Assembly: GCA_023485405.1 (NCBI GenBank)
Contig: JAMCZU010000035.1
Span: 1,519 to 65,518, forward strand
Origin: Patescibacteria group bacterium
Lineage (GTDB): Bacteria; Patescibacteriota; UBA1384; UBA12157; JAENIV01
DNA: 64,000 nt
Direction: 5' to 3'
Below the pieces are notes generated by a model. That model ran no database searches. It had not been told where the DNA came from and worked only from the letters and a program-made list of their open reading frames with translations. Below, one piece after another: positions 54,001 to 63,598 of the stretch (position 1 is the stretch's first letter; every line of letters starts with the position of its first letter). Both the position numbers and the translations under genes were made by a program.

Positions 54001-54773
54001 GAATTGTTCAAGAAAAAGACAATCAGCATATTGTGGTGACTTCACCAGAATCTCAAGCAGAAGTTCATGATCTAATTGAGGATTATGAACCAACAGTTAA
54101 AAGTGGTGATATTGTAAAATTCCGTCAAGCAATTGCCATTGCGCCAGAGAAAAAAGCCATTAGGGCCGGTCTCGTGGGCAAAGTTAAAATTTCTAAAAAT
54201 AAAATTACCATTGAGTCAACCGAAAAAGTCTCCATTAAATACTCCGTTGCGGCCAGAACAATTATTAAAGTTGAAGATGGTCAAGAAGTGACAAAAGGTC
54301 AAGAATTAACTGAAGGTCATTTGGATTTAGCGGCATCACTTCGACTGCGGGGCAAAGTTCAGACGCAAAAATATATTATTAGAAGTATTCAAGAAATTTA
54401 TGCTTCTCAAGGGCAGGCTATTTCTGATAAACATATTGAAATTATTATTAAAGAAATGTTTTCGAAGATTAAAATTAAGGAATCGGGTGATTCAGAATTC
54501 TTTGCTGGTCAGATTGTGGATGTTTTAGAATTCGATAAGGTTGTTGACGACTTAAAGAAAAAGAATAAAAGACCACCAATCGTCGAAGATCAAGTAATTG
54601 GTATTACCCGCGTGGCTTTAAAGACCGAAAGCTTTTTGTCGGCGGCTTCCTTCCAAGAAACAACCAGCGTTTTAATTGACGCCGCCACCCGTGGCGCGGT
54701 TGATCACTTGCGAGGGCTAAAAGAAAATGTTATAATTGGTAGGCTCATTCCAGCTGGAACGGGTTTAAAGTGA
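51021..54773 (+). CDS. rpoC: RNA polymerase beta' subunit
   Basis: KPETINYRT, NADFDGDQM, GEPGTQLTM, SFQET. Confidence 0.99.
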   Translation: MANPKRMNLNAIKEKNKVIDFDALKISIASPDQILDWSYGEVLKPETINYRTQKPERDGLFDERIFGPTKDWECYCGKYKKIRYKGVICDKCGVEVTRSAVRRERMGHIDLSVPVTHIWYVHGVPSILGLVLDLSTSELERVIYFAGFMVLEINEDIRKSVLDQLEKEYSEAKGKAADNNMDLAKIEVAYKATRQEILSLVPKMILTESKYQDLSLRYGQIVKVGIGAEAIYEYLKKIDLAELHESLNKELEQATSVNTRKILRRLKLLAEMKNAGIRPEWLIMTRLPVLPPDLRPMVQLDGGRFAASDLNDLYRRVINRNNRLKRLLSSGAPEVICRNEKRMLQEAVDSLVDNSARRGRAVSAGAAARKLRSLSDMLRGKQGRFRQNLLGKRVDYSGRSVIVVGPNLKLNQCGLPKIMALELFKPFVISRLINEGHVHNVKNATRLIERGEAIVWDILEKITSNYYVMLNRAPTLHRLGIQGFQPVLIEGKAIQVHPLVCYAFNADFDGDQMAVHVPLSVQAKEETSQIMRSSHNILKPASGEPVVTPRLDIVFGAYYLTTLQEGALGEDKIFASKNEAILAYHQGFVHVRAKIKVYFREKNGQGQLMETSIGRILFNNILPDGVSYQNVAMDSKTLKKLITGVFDRFGTDVTAELVDKIKKIGFDYAGLSGMTISVADIIIPSSKDGILKAGDKVLDEIDNQYLRGLITDNEKEIKTIELWNGIRSELEGEMLKEFGLNNPVYLMITSGARGSVAQLTQMGGMKGLVVNPAGEIIQVPIRSNYKEGLSVIEYFISTHGARKGKSDTSLRTSDAGYLTRRLVDVAHDMVITTHDCGTTTGFELNREESESLGEKLSTRLVGRISLEDIKDKNKIIVKKGEEINEEKAVLIENSGIEKVIVRSVLECRAERGLCQNCYGRDLATGKLVEMGTVAGIIAAQAIGEPGTQLTMKTFHMGGISGEDITSGLPRVEELFEARTPRVPGILSEISGIVRIVQEKDNQHIVVTSPESQAEVHDLIEDYEPTVKSGDIVKFRQAIAIAPEKKAIRAGLVGKVKISKNKITIESTEKVSIKYSVAARTIIKVEDGQEVTKGQELTEGHLDLAASLRLRGKVQTQKYIIRSIQEIYASQGQAISDKHIEIIIKEMFSKIKIKESGDSEFFAGQIVDVLEFDKVVDDLKKKNKRPPIVEDQVIGITRVALKTESFLSAASFQETTSVLIDAATRGAVDHLRGLKENVIIGRLIPAGTGLK

Positions 54774-54863
54774 ATTTCAAATTAAAAATTTCAAATTTCA
54801 AATCAATTTTAAAATTCGAATTTCGAAATTCATTGAAAATTTAAAATTAAAAATTTAAAATTA
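54772..54863. repeat. AT-rich heptamer-periodic element, copy C
   Basis: AATTTCA units, AAATCAATTT and AAATTCATTGAAAATT blocks shared with copy B. Confidence 0.7.
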
Positions 54864-54869
54864 AAAAAA

Positions 54870-55286
54870 ATGCCTACAATATCACAACTTTTAAAATATG
54901 GACGCAAGTCTAAACCTAAGAAAACCAAAACCCCCGCTTTGCGGCGCGGTTTTAATTTCTTAAAAAATAAACCGGTGGAATTTGAATGCGGTCGTCCGTT
55001 TATGCGTGGTGTTTGTGTTAAAGTAACGACGGTCACACCAAAAAAACCAAACTCGGCGCTTAGAAAAATTGCGAGAGTGCGTTTGACTTCCGGTCAAGAA
55101 GTAACGGCCTATATTCCAGGTGAAGGCCATAATTTGCAGGAGCACTCAGTGGTTTTAATTCGAGGTGGTCGAGTTAAGGATTTGCCTGGTGTTAGATATC
55201 ATGTGATTCGTGGCAAGTTTGATACCGGTGGCGTCGAAAATCGTAAACAAGGCCGATCTAAATATGGTTCAAAGAAAGGGAAGTAA
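54870..55286 (+). CDS. rpsL: 30S ribosomal protein S12
   Basis: [20 protein letters not shown]. Confidence 0.98.
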   Translation: MPTISQLLKYGRKSKPKKTKTPALRRGFNFLKNKPVEFECGRPFMRGVCVKVTTVTPKKPNSALRKIARVRLTSGQEVTAYIPGEGHNLQEHSVVLIRGGRVKDLPGVRYHVIRGKFDTGGVENRKQGRSKYGSKKGK

Positions 55287-55756
55287 TGCGCGGAAAAAGA
55301 GCAACTAAAAGAAAATTAAAAGGTGATCCAAAATATCAATCAGTTACGGTTGAAAAGTTTATTAATAAAATCATGCTTCGGGGTCAAAAAGAAACAGCCC
55401 GGAATCTGGTTTACCATGCTTTTGATATTTTAAAAGATAAAACTCAAAAAGAACCATTAGAAGTTTTTGAAGCCTCTCTAAAAAATACATCACCTTTATT
55501 GGAAGTAAGACCTAAACGAATTGGAGGAGCAACTTATCAAGTACCAATGGAAGTGGCACCTTCTAGACGCGAAACTTTAGCGATGCGTTGGATTATTAAT
55601 GCAGCGCGCAAACGTTCAGGTGCCGCTTTTGATAAAATTATTGCCGAAGAACTCTTTGCCGCTTATGAAAATACCGGTGTCGCAATTAAACAAAAAGAAA
55701 ATATGCATAAAATGGCCGAAGCCAACAAGGCCTTTGCTCATTACGCCAGGTTCTAA
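55286..55756 (+). CDS. rpsG: 30S ribosomal protein S7
   Basis: RIGGATYQVP, MAEANKAFAH. Confidence 0.98.
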   Translation: MRGKRATKRKLKGDPKYQSVTVEKFINKIMLRGQKETARNLVYHAFDILKDKTQKEPLEVFEASLKNTSPLLEVRPKRIGGATYQVPMEVAPSRRETLAMRWIINAARKRSGAAFDKIIAEELFAAYENTGVAIKQKENMHKMAEANKAFAHYARF

Positions 55757-55847
55757 AGTTCTAAAATTTTATTTGACAAAAAAATAGTATTTTGAAATAC
55801 TATAATTAGTTAAAAAATCCCGACTAAGTCGGATTTAAGGAGGTCGA

Positions 55848-56117
55848 ATGGACTACACTATTACACCTAATGCAGCCGATGTCGCCGCAGGCACAGCAGC
55901 TGTTGGTTTGGGGATTGGTATGATTCTTTTTTGGGTGTTGTTTGTTGGTGTTGGCGCCGTCATCTGGATTTGGGCATTGGTTGACGTGATTCGTCGTCAA
56001 TTTACCAATTCAAACGACAAGACTTTGTGGCTGATTATTGTCATTCTGCTTGGTTGGATCGGTGGCATTGTTTATCTTCTGGTTGGTCGCAAAAAAGGCA
56101 CCATTCCTGGTAAGTAA
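55848..56117 (+). CDS. PLDc_N-like small membrane protein
   Basis: WIWALVD...K.LW..IV....IG.IVYL; AAGGAGGT RBS. Confidence 0.8.
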   Translation: MDYTITPNAADVAAGTAAVGLGIGMILFWVLFVGVGAVIWIWALVDVIRRQFTNSNDKTLWLIIVILLGWIGGIVYLLVGRKKGTIPGK

Positions 56118-56140
56118 ACATTTTTGTGTACACAAAAACC

Positions 56141-56170
56141 AAAAATCCCACTTCCAAGGTGGGATTTTTT
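56141..56170 (+). terminator. Terminator built on a REP-like palindrome
   Basis: AAAAATCCCAC-TTCCAAG-GTGGGATTTTTT; 18 bp identical to 36050-36067. Confidence 0.7.
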
Positions 56171-56246
56171 GGCAATTAGTATTGACAGTAATTTATTTTT
56201 TTTGCTATAATACTTTGTAAATACTTCAAAAGGAGGTAGTCAACCA

Positions 56247-56639
56247 TTGGCCATCATTCAGCTAGATACAAAAAATCAAAAAACCTATGCAGTATTTAAT
56301 ATTCCAAAAGGGTATAGGTATAACCTTGATGAGTTAACTCATTTAAAAGGACGAATTATCCTTTCTTCCAAACCAGACGTGATGATTGGGGATGGAATTT
56401 GTGTTATTAGCGGCGCCATGAAGTTTGTTCTTGACAATATGGCTGAAGGCAACAGTGTATTCGAAGTTGATGTTGTCGAGAGCAATAGAAGGCAAACTGA
56501 AGATGATCCATATTGGTTCTGTCCCAAAGTCACCCTTCCGCTGGTAGTCTCAACTGATAATGCCGAGATTCGTGCCTCGGTTAGAGCGAAGCTCGAGGTA
56601 ATTGAGCAGCAGGCTAGATCTGCTCGTGAGCTGATCTAG
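56247..56639 (+). CDS. Hypothetical protein (130 aa)
   Basis: AAGGAGGT RBS, TTGACA 56182 / TATAAT 56206, terminator 56652-56685. Confidence 0.75.
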   Translation: MAIIQLDTKNQKTYAVFNIPKGYRYNLDELTHLKGRIILSSKPDVMIGDGICVISGAMKFVLDNMAEGNSVFEVDVVESNRRQTEDDPYWFCPKVTLPLVVSTDNAEIRASVRAKLEVIEQQARSARELI

Positions 56640-56651
56640 CCGATCTTTAAC

Positions 56652-56685
56652 AAGACGTCCTGGCGTATATCAGGACGTCTTTTTT
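56652..56685 (+). terminator. Intrinsic terminator
   Basis: AAGACGTCCTG / CAGGACGTCTT followed by a T run. Confidence 0.8.
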
Positions 56686-56707
56686 ATAGGGTGTCTCCTA
56701 ACCTTAA

Positions 56708-56732
56708 AAATTGAACCCCAGGGGTTCAATTT
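56708..56732. repeat. Orphan REP-like palindrome with CCCCAGGGG core
   Basis: AAATTGAACCCC-A-GGGGTTCAATTT; core shared with the RAYT-flanking palindromes. Confidence 0.6.
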
Positions 56733-56748
56733 GGGTTCTGTGCTGGTT

Positions 56749-56781
56749 AAAAAAATCCCCGTAGCTTTTGAGACTACGGGG
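56749..56781 (-). terminator. Terminator of minus-strand zinc-ribbon ORF
   Basis: A7, then CCCCGTAG / CTACGGGG stem. Confidence 0.7.
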
Positions 56782-56808
56782 CATGAATTCAGAAAGGGTT
56801 ATTTGCAT

Positions 56809-57024
56809 TTAACCAACCCCGGGAATGCGAATGGGTGCGAAGGGATTGCGTGGTGGGTCTCCTCTTTTTCTGAAATGTCGAGCATGAGCTTGCCAAGTGT
56901 GATCGCATAGCTTGCAAGTAATGACAAACTCATTTTCCTTTTTTGCTGGCTTAATCTCGGCTTCTTCTAGACCAATGTCTTTTTTGCATTTCGGACACAT
57001 AATTACATTTGGACTTTCATTCAT
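56809..57024 (-). CDS. Small zinc-ribbon protein (71 aa)
   Basis: ATG at 57024 with AAGGAGGTG RBS; CPKC...CKLC.H.W. Confidence 0.75.
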   Translation of the reverse strand: MNESPNVIMCPKCKKDIGLEEAEIKPAKKENEFVITCKLCDHTWQAHARHFRKRGDPPRNPFAPIRIPGVG

Positions 57025-57190
57025 TTTCGTCACCTCCTTTAGATGGATTATATCAGAATAATATAAAAACTTCCACCTCGTAGGTGGCGGAGGGTTAAGG
57101 TCTCTTGAAAACCGTAAATATTTTGTTATAATCAATTTTGAGGGGATTTATTTTTTTAGTATTACGATAATTTAATGATAGGATTTAAAA

Positions 57191-57313
57191 ATGGCACGAG
57201 AGTATTCTTTAGACCCAACCTACACTCTTACTGAAAAAGGGACTACGTCCTCTACTTTCAGTGCGAGTTTCGGCGGGCAAGAAAAACTAATTGGAGGTTG
57301 CTGTGGCGCGTGA
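57191..57313 (+). other. uORF beginning with a recoded copy of the EF-G N-terminus, overlapping the fusA start
   Basis: [40 protein letters not shown]; contains hairpin element 57214-57277. Confidence 0.6.
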
Positions 57314-59399
57314 GTATAGCTTGGAAAAGACTCGTAACTTCGGTATTATTGCCCACATTGACGCCGGTAAAACCACGGTCAGTGAGCGGATTTTGTTTTA
57401 TACCGGAAAAACTTATAAAATTGGTGAGGTTCACGAAGGTGAAGCAGTAATGGACTGGATGGAGCAAGAACAAGAACGGGGCATTACTATCACTTCCGCC
57501 GCGACTACTTGTTTTTGGGCTACTCGTGATAATCCAAATGAAAAATTTAGATTTAATATTATTGATACTCCAGGCCACATTGATTTTACGGCCGAAGTCC
57601 AGCGATCTCTGAGAGTGCTCGATGGCGCCGTTGTGGTTTTTGATGGTGTCGCGGGTGTTGAACCACAATCGGAAACAGTTTGGCACCAAGCGGATAAATT
57701 TGAAGTACCACGGATTTGTTTTATTAATAAGCTTGATCGAATGGGCGCTGATTTTGACAAAGCTTTTGCTTCAATTAAAGATCGTTTAACCGACAACGCC
57801 GTGGCAATGCAAATTCCTAATGGGAGCGAAGATCAACTGACAGAAGTAATTGATCTTTTGAAAATGAAATCTTATGAATTTTTGGGTGATAAAGGTCAGG
57901 AAGTAAAAGAAAAAGAAATTCCGGCTGAATTTAAAGAAAAAGCCGAAAAATTGCACCAAGTTTTAGTTGAAAGAATTAGTGAACAAGACGATGCGCTTTT
58001 AGAAAAATATCTTGAAGGAACTAAGCCGGAAGTTGAAGAACTAAAAATGGCGCTGCGAAAAGCTACTATTGCTAATAAATTAGTGCCGGTTTTTTGTGGC
58101 ACCGCTTTAAAAAATAAAGGGGTCCAACCGATGCTTGATGCGGTGATTGATTATTTACCTTCACCTTTGGACATTCCGCCGGTGAGTGGTATTAAACCTG
58201 GTACCGAAGAGGTAATTGAAAGAAAAACCGATGATAATGAACCGTTTGCCGCTTTGGCTTTTAAAGTCGCCGCTGATCCATTTGTAGGTACCTTAACCTT
58301 CTTTCGAGTTTATTCAGGAACCTTAAAATCTGGTTCATATGTTTTAAATTCAAGTAAAGATAAAAAAGAAAGAATTGGCCGAATCATGAGGCTTCATGCC
58401 AATCACCGCGAAGAAGTGCCAGAAGTTTATGCTGGAGAAATTGCGGCCGCCGTTGGCCTAAAAGATACTTTTACCAGTGATACTTTATGTGACGAAAAAA
58501 ATCCAATTATATTAGAAACGATCTCTTTTCCAGATCCGGTTATTTCGGTGGCGATTGAGCCAAAAACTAAATCTGACCAGGAAAAAATGGGTATTGCCCT
58601 TAATCGTTTAGCTCAAGAAGACCCCACTTTTCAAATTAGTAGCAATCATGAAACTGGTCAAACAATTATTGCGGGCATGGGTGAACTTCATTTGGAAATT
58701 ATTGTTGATCGAATGAAGCGAGAATTTAAGGTAGAAGCTAATGTCGGTGCGCCGCAAGTGGCTTATAAAGAAACGATTAAATCAGCGGTTAAGCAAGAAG
58801 GAAAATATATTCGTCAAACCGGTGGTCGGGGACAGTATGGTCATGTTTGGATTGAAATCCAACCACGTGAGCCCGGTGAAGGTTTTGAATTTATTGATAA
58901 AATTGTTGGTGGCACCATTCCTAAAGAATTTATCCCGGCCGTGGAAAAAGGAATTAAAGAGGCTTTGGGTAAAGGGGTGATTGCGGGTTATCCGTTAGTA
59001 GATTTATCAGCCACTCTTTACGATGGCTCTTTTCACGATGTTGATTCTTCAGAACTTGCTTTCCAAATTGCTGGTTCAATGGCGTTACAAGATGGGGTTA
59101 AAAAAGCAAATCCGGTTTTACTGGAACCAATTATGAAAGTGGAAGTGGTTACTCCTGAAGAATTTATGGGTGATGTTTTGGGGGATTTGAATTCAAAACG
59201 ATGCCATATTGAAAAATTGTCCGAGCGAGCCAAATCAAAAGTCATTGACGCCATGGTCCCATTGGCAGAAATGTTTGGTTATTCGACCAGTCTTCGGTCT
59301 CTGACTCAAGGACGTGCTTCTTACACGATGGAATTTGATCATTATAATGAAGTACCTTCTCATATTGCGCAAAAATTAATTGAAGGCAAAACAAAATAA
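57303..59399 (+). CDS. fusA: Elongation factor G
   Basis: GTG start with GGAGGT RBS; [31 protein letters not shown]. Confidence 0.98.
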   Translation: MAREYSLEKTRNFGIIAHIDAGKTTVSERILFYTGKTYKIGEVHEGEAVMDWMEQEQERGITITSAATTCFWATRDNPNEKFRFNIIDTPGHIDFTAEVQRSLRVLDGAVVVFDGVAGVEPQSETVWHQADKFEVPRICFINKLDRMGADFDKAFASIKDRLTDNAVAMQIPNGSEDQLTEVIDLLKMKSYEFLGDKGQEVKEKEIPAEFKEKAEKLHQVLVERISEQDDALLEKYLEGTKPEVEELKMALRKATIANKLVPVFCGTALKNKGVQPMLDAVIDYLPSPLDIPPVSGIKPGTEEVIERKTDDNEPFAALAFKVAADPFVGTLTFFRVYSGTLKSGSYVLNSSKDKKERIGRIMRLHANHREEVPEVYAGEIAAAVGLKDTFTSDTLCDEKNPIILETISFPDPVISVAIEPKTKSDQEKMGIALNRLAQEDPTFQISSNHETGQTIIAGMGELHLEIIVDRMKREFKVEANVGAPQVAYKETIKSAVKQEGKYIRQTGGRGQYGHVWIEIQPREPGEGFEFIDKIVGGTIPKEFIPAVEKGIKEALGKGVIAGYPLVDLSATLYDGSFHDVDSSELAFQIAGSMALQDGVKKANPVLLEPIMKVEVVTPEEFMGDVLGDLNSKRCHIEKLSERAKSKVIDAMVPLAEMFGYSTSLRSLTQGRASYTMEFDHYNEVPSHIAQKLIEGKTK

Positions 59400-59428
59400 G
59401 CGTATACTAAAGTTGAGGAAGGTGGAAA

Positions 59429-60319
59429 ATGGACTATTTTAAAATTCTTAAAAAGGCTTTGGCAATTTCGCTTAAAAATCGGTATCTTTGGATTTTTGGA
59501 ATCCTGATTGGTGGAGCCGGTGGTAGTTTTGGTAGCTCTTTTTCCAATTCAAGTAGTTATTCTGATAAATGGGATCAATATTTTAATCAAGTTTCTTGGA
59601 ATAATTTTTGGTCTATTTATGGTAGTATTATTCTTTTAATTCTTGGTATCATTCTAGTTTTAGGTTTCTTTTGGGCAATTCTTTCAGTGGTTGCTCAAGG
59701 AGCAATTTTGGGGTCAGTGGAAAAAATTGAAAAAGGCCAAAAACACAATTTTTGGGAAGGTTTACGTTTTGGTTGGCACAAGTTTTGGCGTGTTTTTGGG
59801 GTTGGTTTGTCCTTATTTTTAATTGTTTTACTTTCTGTTATTGTTTTAGTTTTACCAATTATTATTTTTGCCGTCGCCAAAATTTATGTACTGGCAGTAA
59901 TTTATGGTATTTTCGTCTTTTTACTCGACTTAGTCTTATGGTTATTCTTAGGTGTGGTGGCGCCTTATATTCAACGATTAGCCGTTTTAGGCGACATTGG
60001 TGCTTTAGAAGCAATTTTTTCTTCATGGGAATTTTTCCGTAAAAATTGGAAAGATATATTAGTAGTTTACTTGCTTTTGATGGCCACTGGTATCGCTGCT
60101 AGCCTTGCTTTAATCTTAGTTGTTCTAATTATTGGTGGCTTACTTTTTGCGATTGGTTTTGGTCTGTATTTGGCTTCAATGGCTATTTTCTGGATGTATA
60201 TTGCTGTTTTTGGCTTTGCTTTTATTGTTTTAATGCTAATTTTAGGTGGGGTAATTAAAACCTTTACTTCTTCAGTTTTAACCTTAACATACCTAGAATT
60301 AACCAAAAAAGCTGCTTAA
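59429..60319 (+). CDS. Multi-pass membrane protein of unknown function
   Basis: About 6-7 hydrophobic segments, LWIFG motif; inserted between fusA and tuf. Confidence 0.8.
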   Translation: MDYFKILKKALAISLKNRYLWIFGILIGGAGGSFGSSFSNSSSYSDKWDQYFNQVSWNNFWSIYGSIILLILGIILVLGFFWAILSVVAQGAILGSVEKIEKGQKHNFWEGLRFGWHKFWRVFGVGLSLFLIVLLSVIVLVLPIIIFAVAKIYVLAVIYGIFVFLLDLVLWLFLGVVAPYIQRLAVLGDIGALEAIFSSWEFFRKNWKDILVVYLLLMATGIAASLALILVVLIIGGLLFAIGFGLYLASMAIFWMYIAVFGFAFIVLMLILGGVIKTFTSSVLTLTYLELTKKAA

Positions 60320-60323
60320 GATC

Positions 60324-60420
60324 TTGACGGATAAGATATCTTTTGCTAATATAAAGGCCGAGGGAATTTTTTTAAGTTTCCTCAAAAATTGTTGACTTAT
60401 CTTAATTATTAAGGTACAAT
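60324..60420 (+). promoter_or_regulatory. Tandem sigma70 promoters for tuf and the S10 operon
   Basis: TTGACG-17-TAATAT (60324-60352) and TTGACT-17-TACAAT (60392-60420). Confidence 0.7.
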
Positions 60421-60466
60421 AATAGAGTAAATTAAACAAAATTAAATTTATTAAAAGAGGTACAAA

Positions 60467-61648
60467 ATGGCAGACAAATTTGAGCGCACAAAACCCCATG
60501 TTAATGTGGGTACTATTGGTCACGTTGACCACGGTAAAACAACTTTAACCGCGGCTATTTTAAAAGTTCAGGCAAAAAAGGGTTTAGCCCAACAGCGATC
60601 AGTTGACCAGATTGATAACGCACCTGAAGAAAAAGAACGCGGGATTACCATTGCAACCTGTCACGTTGAATACGAGACCGAAAAAAGACATTACGCTCAT
60701 GTTGACTGTCCGGGTCACGCTGACTATGTGAAAAATATGATTACTGGTGCAGCTCAAATGGATGGCGCCATCTTAGTTGTTTCGGCTGCCGATGGCCCAA
60801 TGCCTCAAACCAGAGAGCATATTCTTTTAGCTCATCAAGTTGGTGTGCCAAATATTGTCGTTTATTTAAATAAAGTTGACCAAGTCTCTGATAAAGAGCT
60901 TTTGGATCTAGTCGAAATGGAAGTTCGTGATCTTTTGAAGAAATATGAATTTCCAGGTGATGAAGTACCGATTATCAAAGGTTCAGCCTTGAAAGTGATG
61001 GAAGGTGATGCTGAAGCAGAAAAATCAATTGACGAATTAATGGATGCTTTGGATTCTTATATTCCTGAACCAAAAAGAGAGATTGAAAAACCATTCTTAC
61101 TGGCAGTTGAAGATGTTTTCTCGATTAAAGGACGCGGCACTGTCGCGACTGGCCGAATTGAACGTGGTAAGGTAAAAGTCAACGAAGAAGTGGAAATTGT
61201 CGGGCTAAAACCAACCAAGAAAGTTATTGTGACTGGTGTCGAGATGTTTAAAAAACAACTTGATGAAGGTCTTGCTGGTGACAATGTTGGAGTCCTGCTT
61301 CGTGGCGTTGAACGTGAAGATATCGAACGTGGTCAAGTGATTGTTAAACCTGGTTCAATTACTCCTCATACCGAATTTGAAAGTGAAGTTTATATTTTAA
61401 CCAAAGAGGAAGGTGGTCGTCATACGCCATTTTTCAAAGGTTACAAACCACAATTCTATATTCGAACAACCGATGTTACTGGTGAAGTAGAATTACCAGC
61501 TGATACCGAAATGGTGATGCCAGGCGATACGATTAAGTTTAAAGTCAAATTACTCCAACAAGTAGCGATGGAAGAAGGGATGCGTTTTGCGATTCGTGAA
61601 GGTGGCAAAACTGTTGGCGCGGGTATTGTGACTAAAATTGACAAATAA
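60467..61648 (+). CDS. tuf: Elongation factor Tu
   Basis: [33 protein letters not shown]. Confidence 0.99.
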   Translation: MADKFERTKPHVNVGTIGHVDHGKTTLTAAILKVQAKKGLAQQRSVDQIDNAPEEKERGITIATCHVEYETEKRHYAHVDCPGHADYVKNMITGAAQMDGAILVVSAADGPMPQTREHILLAHQVGVPNIVVYLNKVDQVSDKELLDLVEMEVRDLLKKYEFPGDEVPIIKGSALKVMEGDAEAEKSIDELMDALDSYIPEPKREIEKPFLLAVEDVFSIKGRGTVATGRIERGKVKVNEEVEIVGLKPTKKVIVTGVEMFKKQLDEGLAGDNVGVLLRGVEREDIERGQVIVKPGSITPHTEFESEVYILTKEEGGRHTPFFKGYKPQFYIRTTDVTGEVELPADTEMVMPGDTIKFKVKLLQQVAMEEGMRFAIREGGKTVGAGIVTKIDK

Positions 61649-61672
61649 AAATAACATTAAACGTTAGTAAAA

Positions 61673-61990
61673 ATGCAGAAGAAAAATTCTCAAAAGATAA
61701 GGATTAGACTGAAAGCTTACGACCATCGGATTATTGATAAATCTTCAGCGAAGATTATTGAAACAGCCGAAAGAACTGGTGCCGTTGTTTCTGGGCCAAT
61801 TCCACTACCCACCGAAAAAAGTAAGGTCACGGTTTTAAAGTCACCATTTGTTCATAAAGATAGTCGTGAACAATTCGAAATGAGAATTCACAAACGTTTA
61901 ATTGATGTGATGGATCCTTCACCAAAGACGATTGATTCACTAATGAGTCTTGATTTACCAGCTGGTGTGGATATCGAAATCAAGACTTAA
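61673..61990 (+). CDS. rpsJ: 30S ribosomal protein S10
   Basis: [22 protein letters not shown]. Confidence 0.98.
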   Translation: MQKKNSQKIRIRLKAYDHRIIDKSSAKIIETAERTGAVVSGPIPLPTEKSKVTVLKSPFVHKDSREQFEMRIHKRLIDVMDPSPKTIDSLMSLDLPAGVDIEIKT

Positions 61991-62080
61991 ATATATTAGA
62001 CAAATTTATTTTTTCAAGATCAAAGTTTCAAGTCAGGATAATACCTGCTATCCGCAGATGTTTCCGGACTAGAGGTTTCA

Positions 62081-62698
62081 ATGAAAGCAATTTTAGCAAG
62101 AAAAATTTTAATGACCAGGATTTTCGATGAAGATGGTATGCAGATACCCGTTACTTTAGTGAAACTGGAAAATAACATTGTTACCCAAATCAAAAATCTC
62201 CAGAAAGATGGCTACGAAGCAATCCAAATTGGTGCCGGTGAAAAAAAGAGACTTAATAAGGCCGAAGCGGGCCACATTAAAAAAGCTGATATCAAAATTA
62301 AACCTAAAGTATTGTATGAAATTAAAAATAAAGGTGATAATTACGAGTTGGGTCAGGCCTTAACTTCAGAGCAGTTCAAAGAAGAAGAAATAGTCAATGT
62401 GACCGGTGTGAGTAAAGGTAAAGGTTTTGCGGGGACAGTCAAACGTCATAATTTCCACTTAGGACCTAAAACACACGGTTCGCATAATTATCGTCAACCT
62501 GGTTCAATTGGGGCGACTTATCCTGAAAGAGTCATTAAGGGTCGCAGGATGGCGGGACATATGGGAAACGCGCGAGTGACGGTTAAAAATTTAGAAATTA
62601 TTAAAATTAATCAAGAAACAAACGAAATGATGCTTCGAGGAGCCATTCCGGGTCCTAAAAATACATCGGTTTTGATTTGGAGTCATAATGAAAATTAA
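62081..62698 (+). CDS. rplC: 50S ribosomal protein L3
   Basis: DGYEAIQ, SKGKGFAG, HGS, MAGHMG, GAIPG. Confidence 0.97.
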   Translation: MKAILARKILMTRIFDEDGMQIPVTLVKLENNIVTQIKNLQKDGYEAIQIGAGEKKRLNKAEAGHIKKADIKIKPKVLYEIKNKGDNYELGQALTSEQFKEEEIVNVTGVSKGKGFAGTVKRHNFHLGPKTHGSHNYRQPGSIGATYPERVIKGRRMAGHMGNARVTVKNLEIIKINQETNEMMLRGAIPGPKNTSVLIWSHNEN

Positions 62699-63323
62699 AG
62701 TTATTTCTGATAAGAAAATTGAAAAAAATATTGATCTTGCGTCAGAAATTTTTGCCGTGACTTTAAACCAAAATCTTTTAGCTCAAGTGGTTCAGACACA
62801 AATGGCTAATCGCCGACGTGCAATTGCTCATACCAAAACTCGAGGGGAAGTCTCCGGTGGTGGGCGCAAGCCTTTTCGACAAAAAGGCACAGGCAATGCC
62901 CGAGCTGGTTCCACTCGTTCGCCTCTTTGGGTTGGTGGGGGTATCACTTTTGGTCCTAGAAATGTGAGAAATTTCAGTAAACGTTTACCTCAAAAAATGT
63001 TGCAAAAAGCAATTTTTATGGCTTTTTCGGAGAAGATTAAAAATAATAAATTCATTGTCACAGAAAACTTAGAATTAGCTAAAATTGGCACCAAAGAAGT
63101 TCAATCTTTTTTGGAAAAATTACCGATTGAAGAAGGTAAAATTCTAGTTATCTTAGCTAAAACCAATATTAATTTTGAACTTTCCTCCGCTAATTTACCT
63201 TTTTTGAAAGTAATTCAAGCTCAAAATATTAACATTTTAGATATTTTAAAATTTGATTATATCTTAACTGATATTGCGGGAATTGAAGCGTTGCAAAAAA
63301 TATTTGGGAGGAAAAATGGTTGA
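62688..63323 (+). CDS. rplD: 50S ribosomal protein L4
   Basis: [26 protein letters not shown]. Confidence 0.97.
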   Translation: MKIKVISDKKIEKNIDLASEIFAVTLNQNLLAQVVQTQMANRRRAIAHTKTRGEVSGGGRKPFRQKGTGNARAGSTRSPLWVGGGITFGPRNVRNFSKRLPQKMLQKAIFMAFSEKIKNNKFIVTENLELAKIGTKEVQSFLEKLPIEEGKILVILAKTNINFELSSANLPFLKVIQAQNINILDILKFDYILTDIAGIEALQKIFGRKNG

Positions 63324-63597
63324 AGCCTTAATTGCCCCCATTATTACGGAAAAAGCAATTTCTAAAATTGAAACTGGCACTTATACTTTTAAGGTTGCTA
63401 CCAGAGCCAATAAAATTCAAATTGCCAGAGCGATTACTGATTTATATAAAGTTGAAGTGACTAAAGTTAATATTATTAATAAAAAAAGTGAAGAAGTTGT
63501 AATAAAAGGTAGATTTACCGGTCGCAAAAAAGCTTGGAAAAAAGCGATTATTACCTTAAAAAAAGGTCAAAAAATACCAGGATTCGAAGAAAAGTAA
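63316..63597 (+). CDS. rplW: 50S ribosomal protein L23
   Basis: PIITEKA, ANK.QI, KKAIITL; ATG at 63316 with GGAGG RBS. Confidence 0.95.
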   Translation: MVEALIAPIITEKAISKIETGTYTFKVATRANKIQIARAITDLYKVEVTKVNIINKKSEEVVIKGRFTGRKKAWKKAIITLKKGQKIPGFEEK

Positions 63598-63598
63598 A

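Noticed and set aside
57191-57313. Self-splicing intron in fusA
   Set aside because: Only 112 nt, no group I/II core motifs seen, and fusA is complete from its own GTG with an RBS
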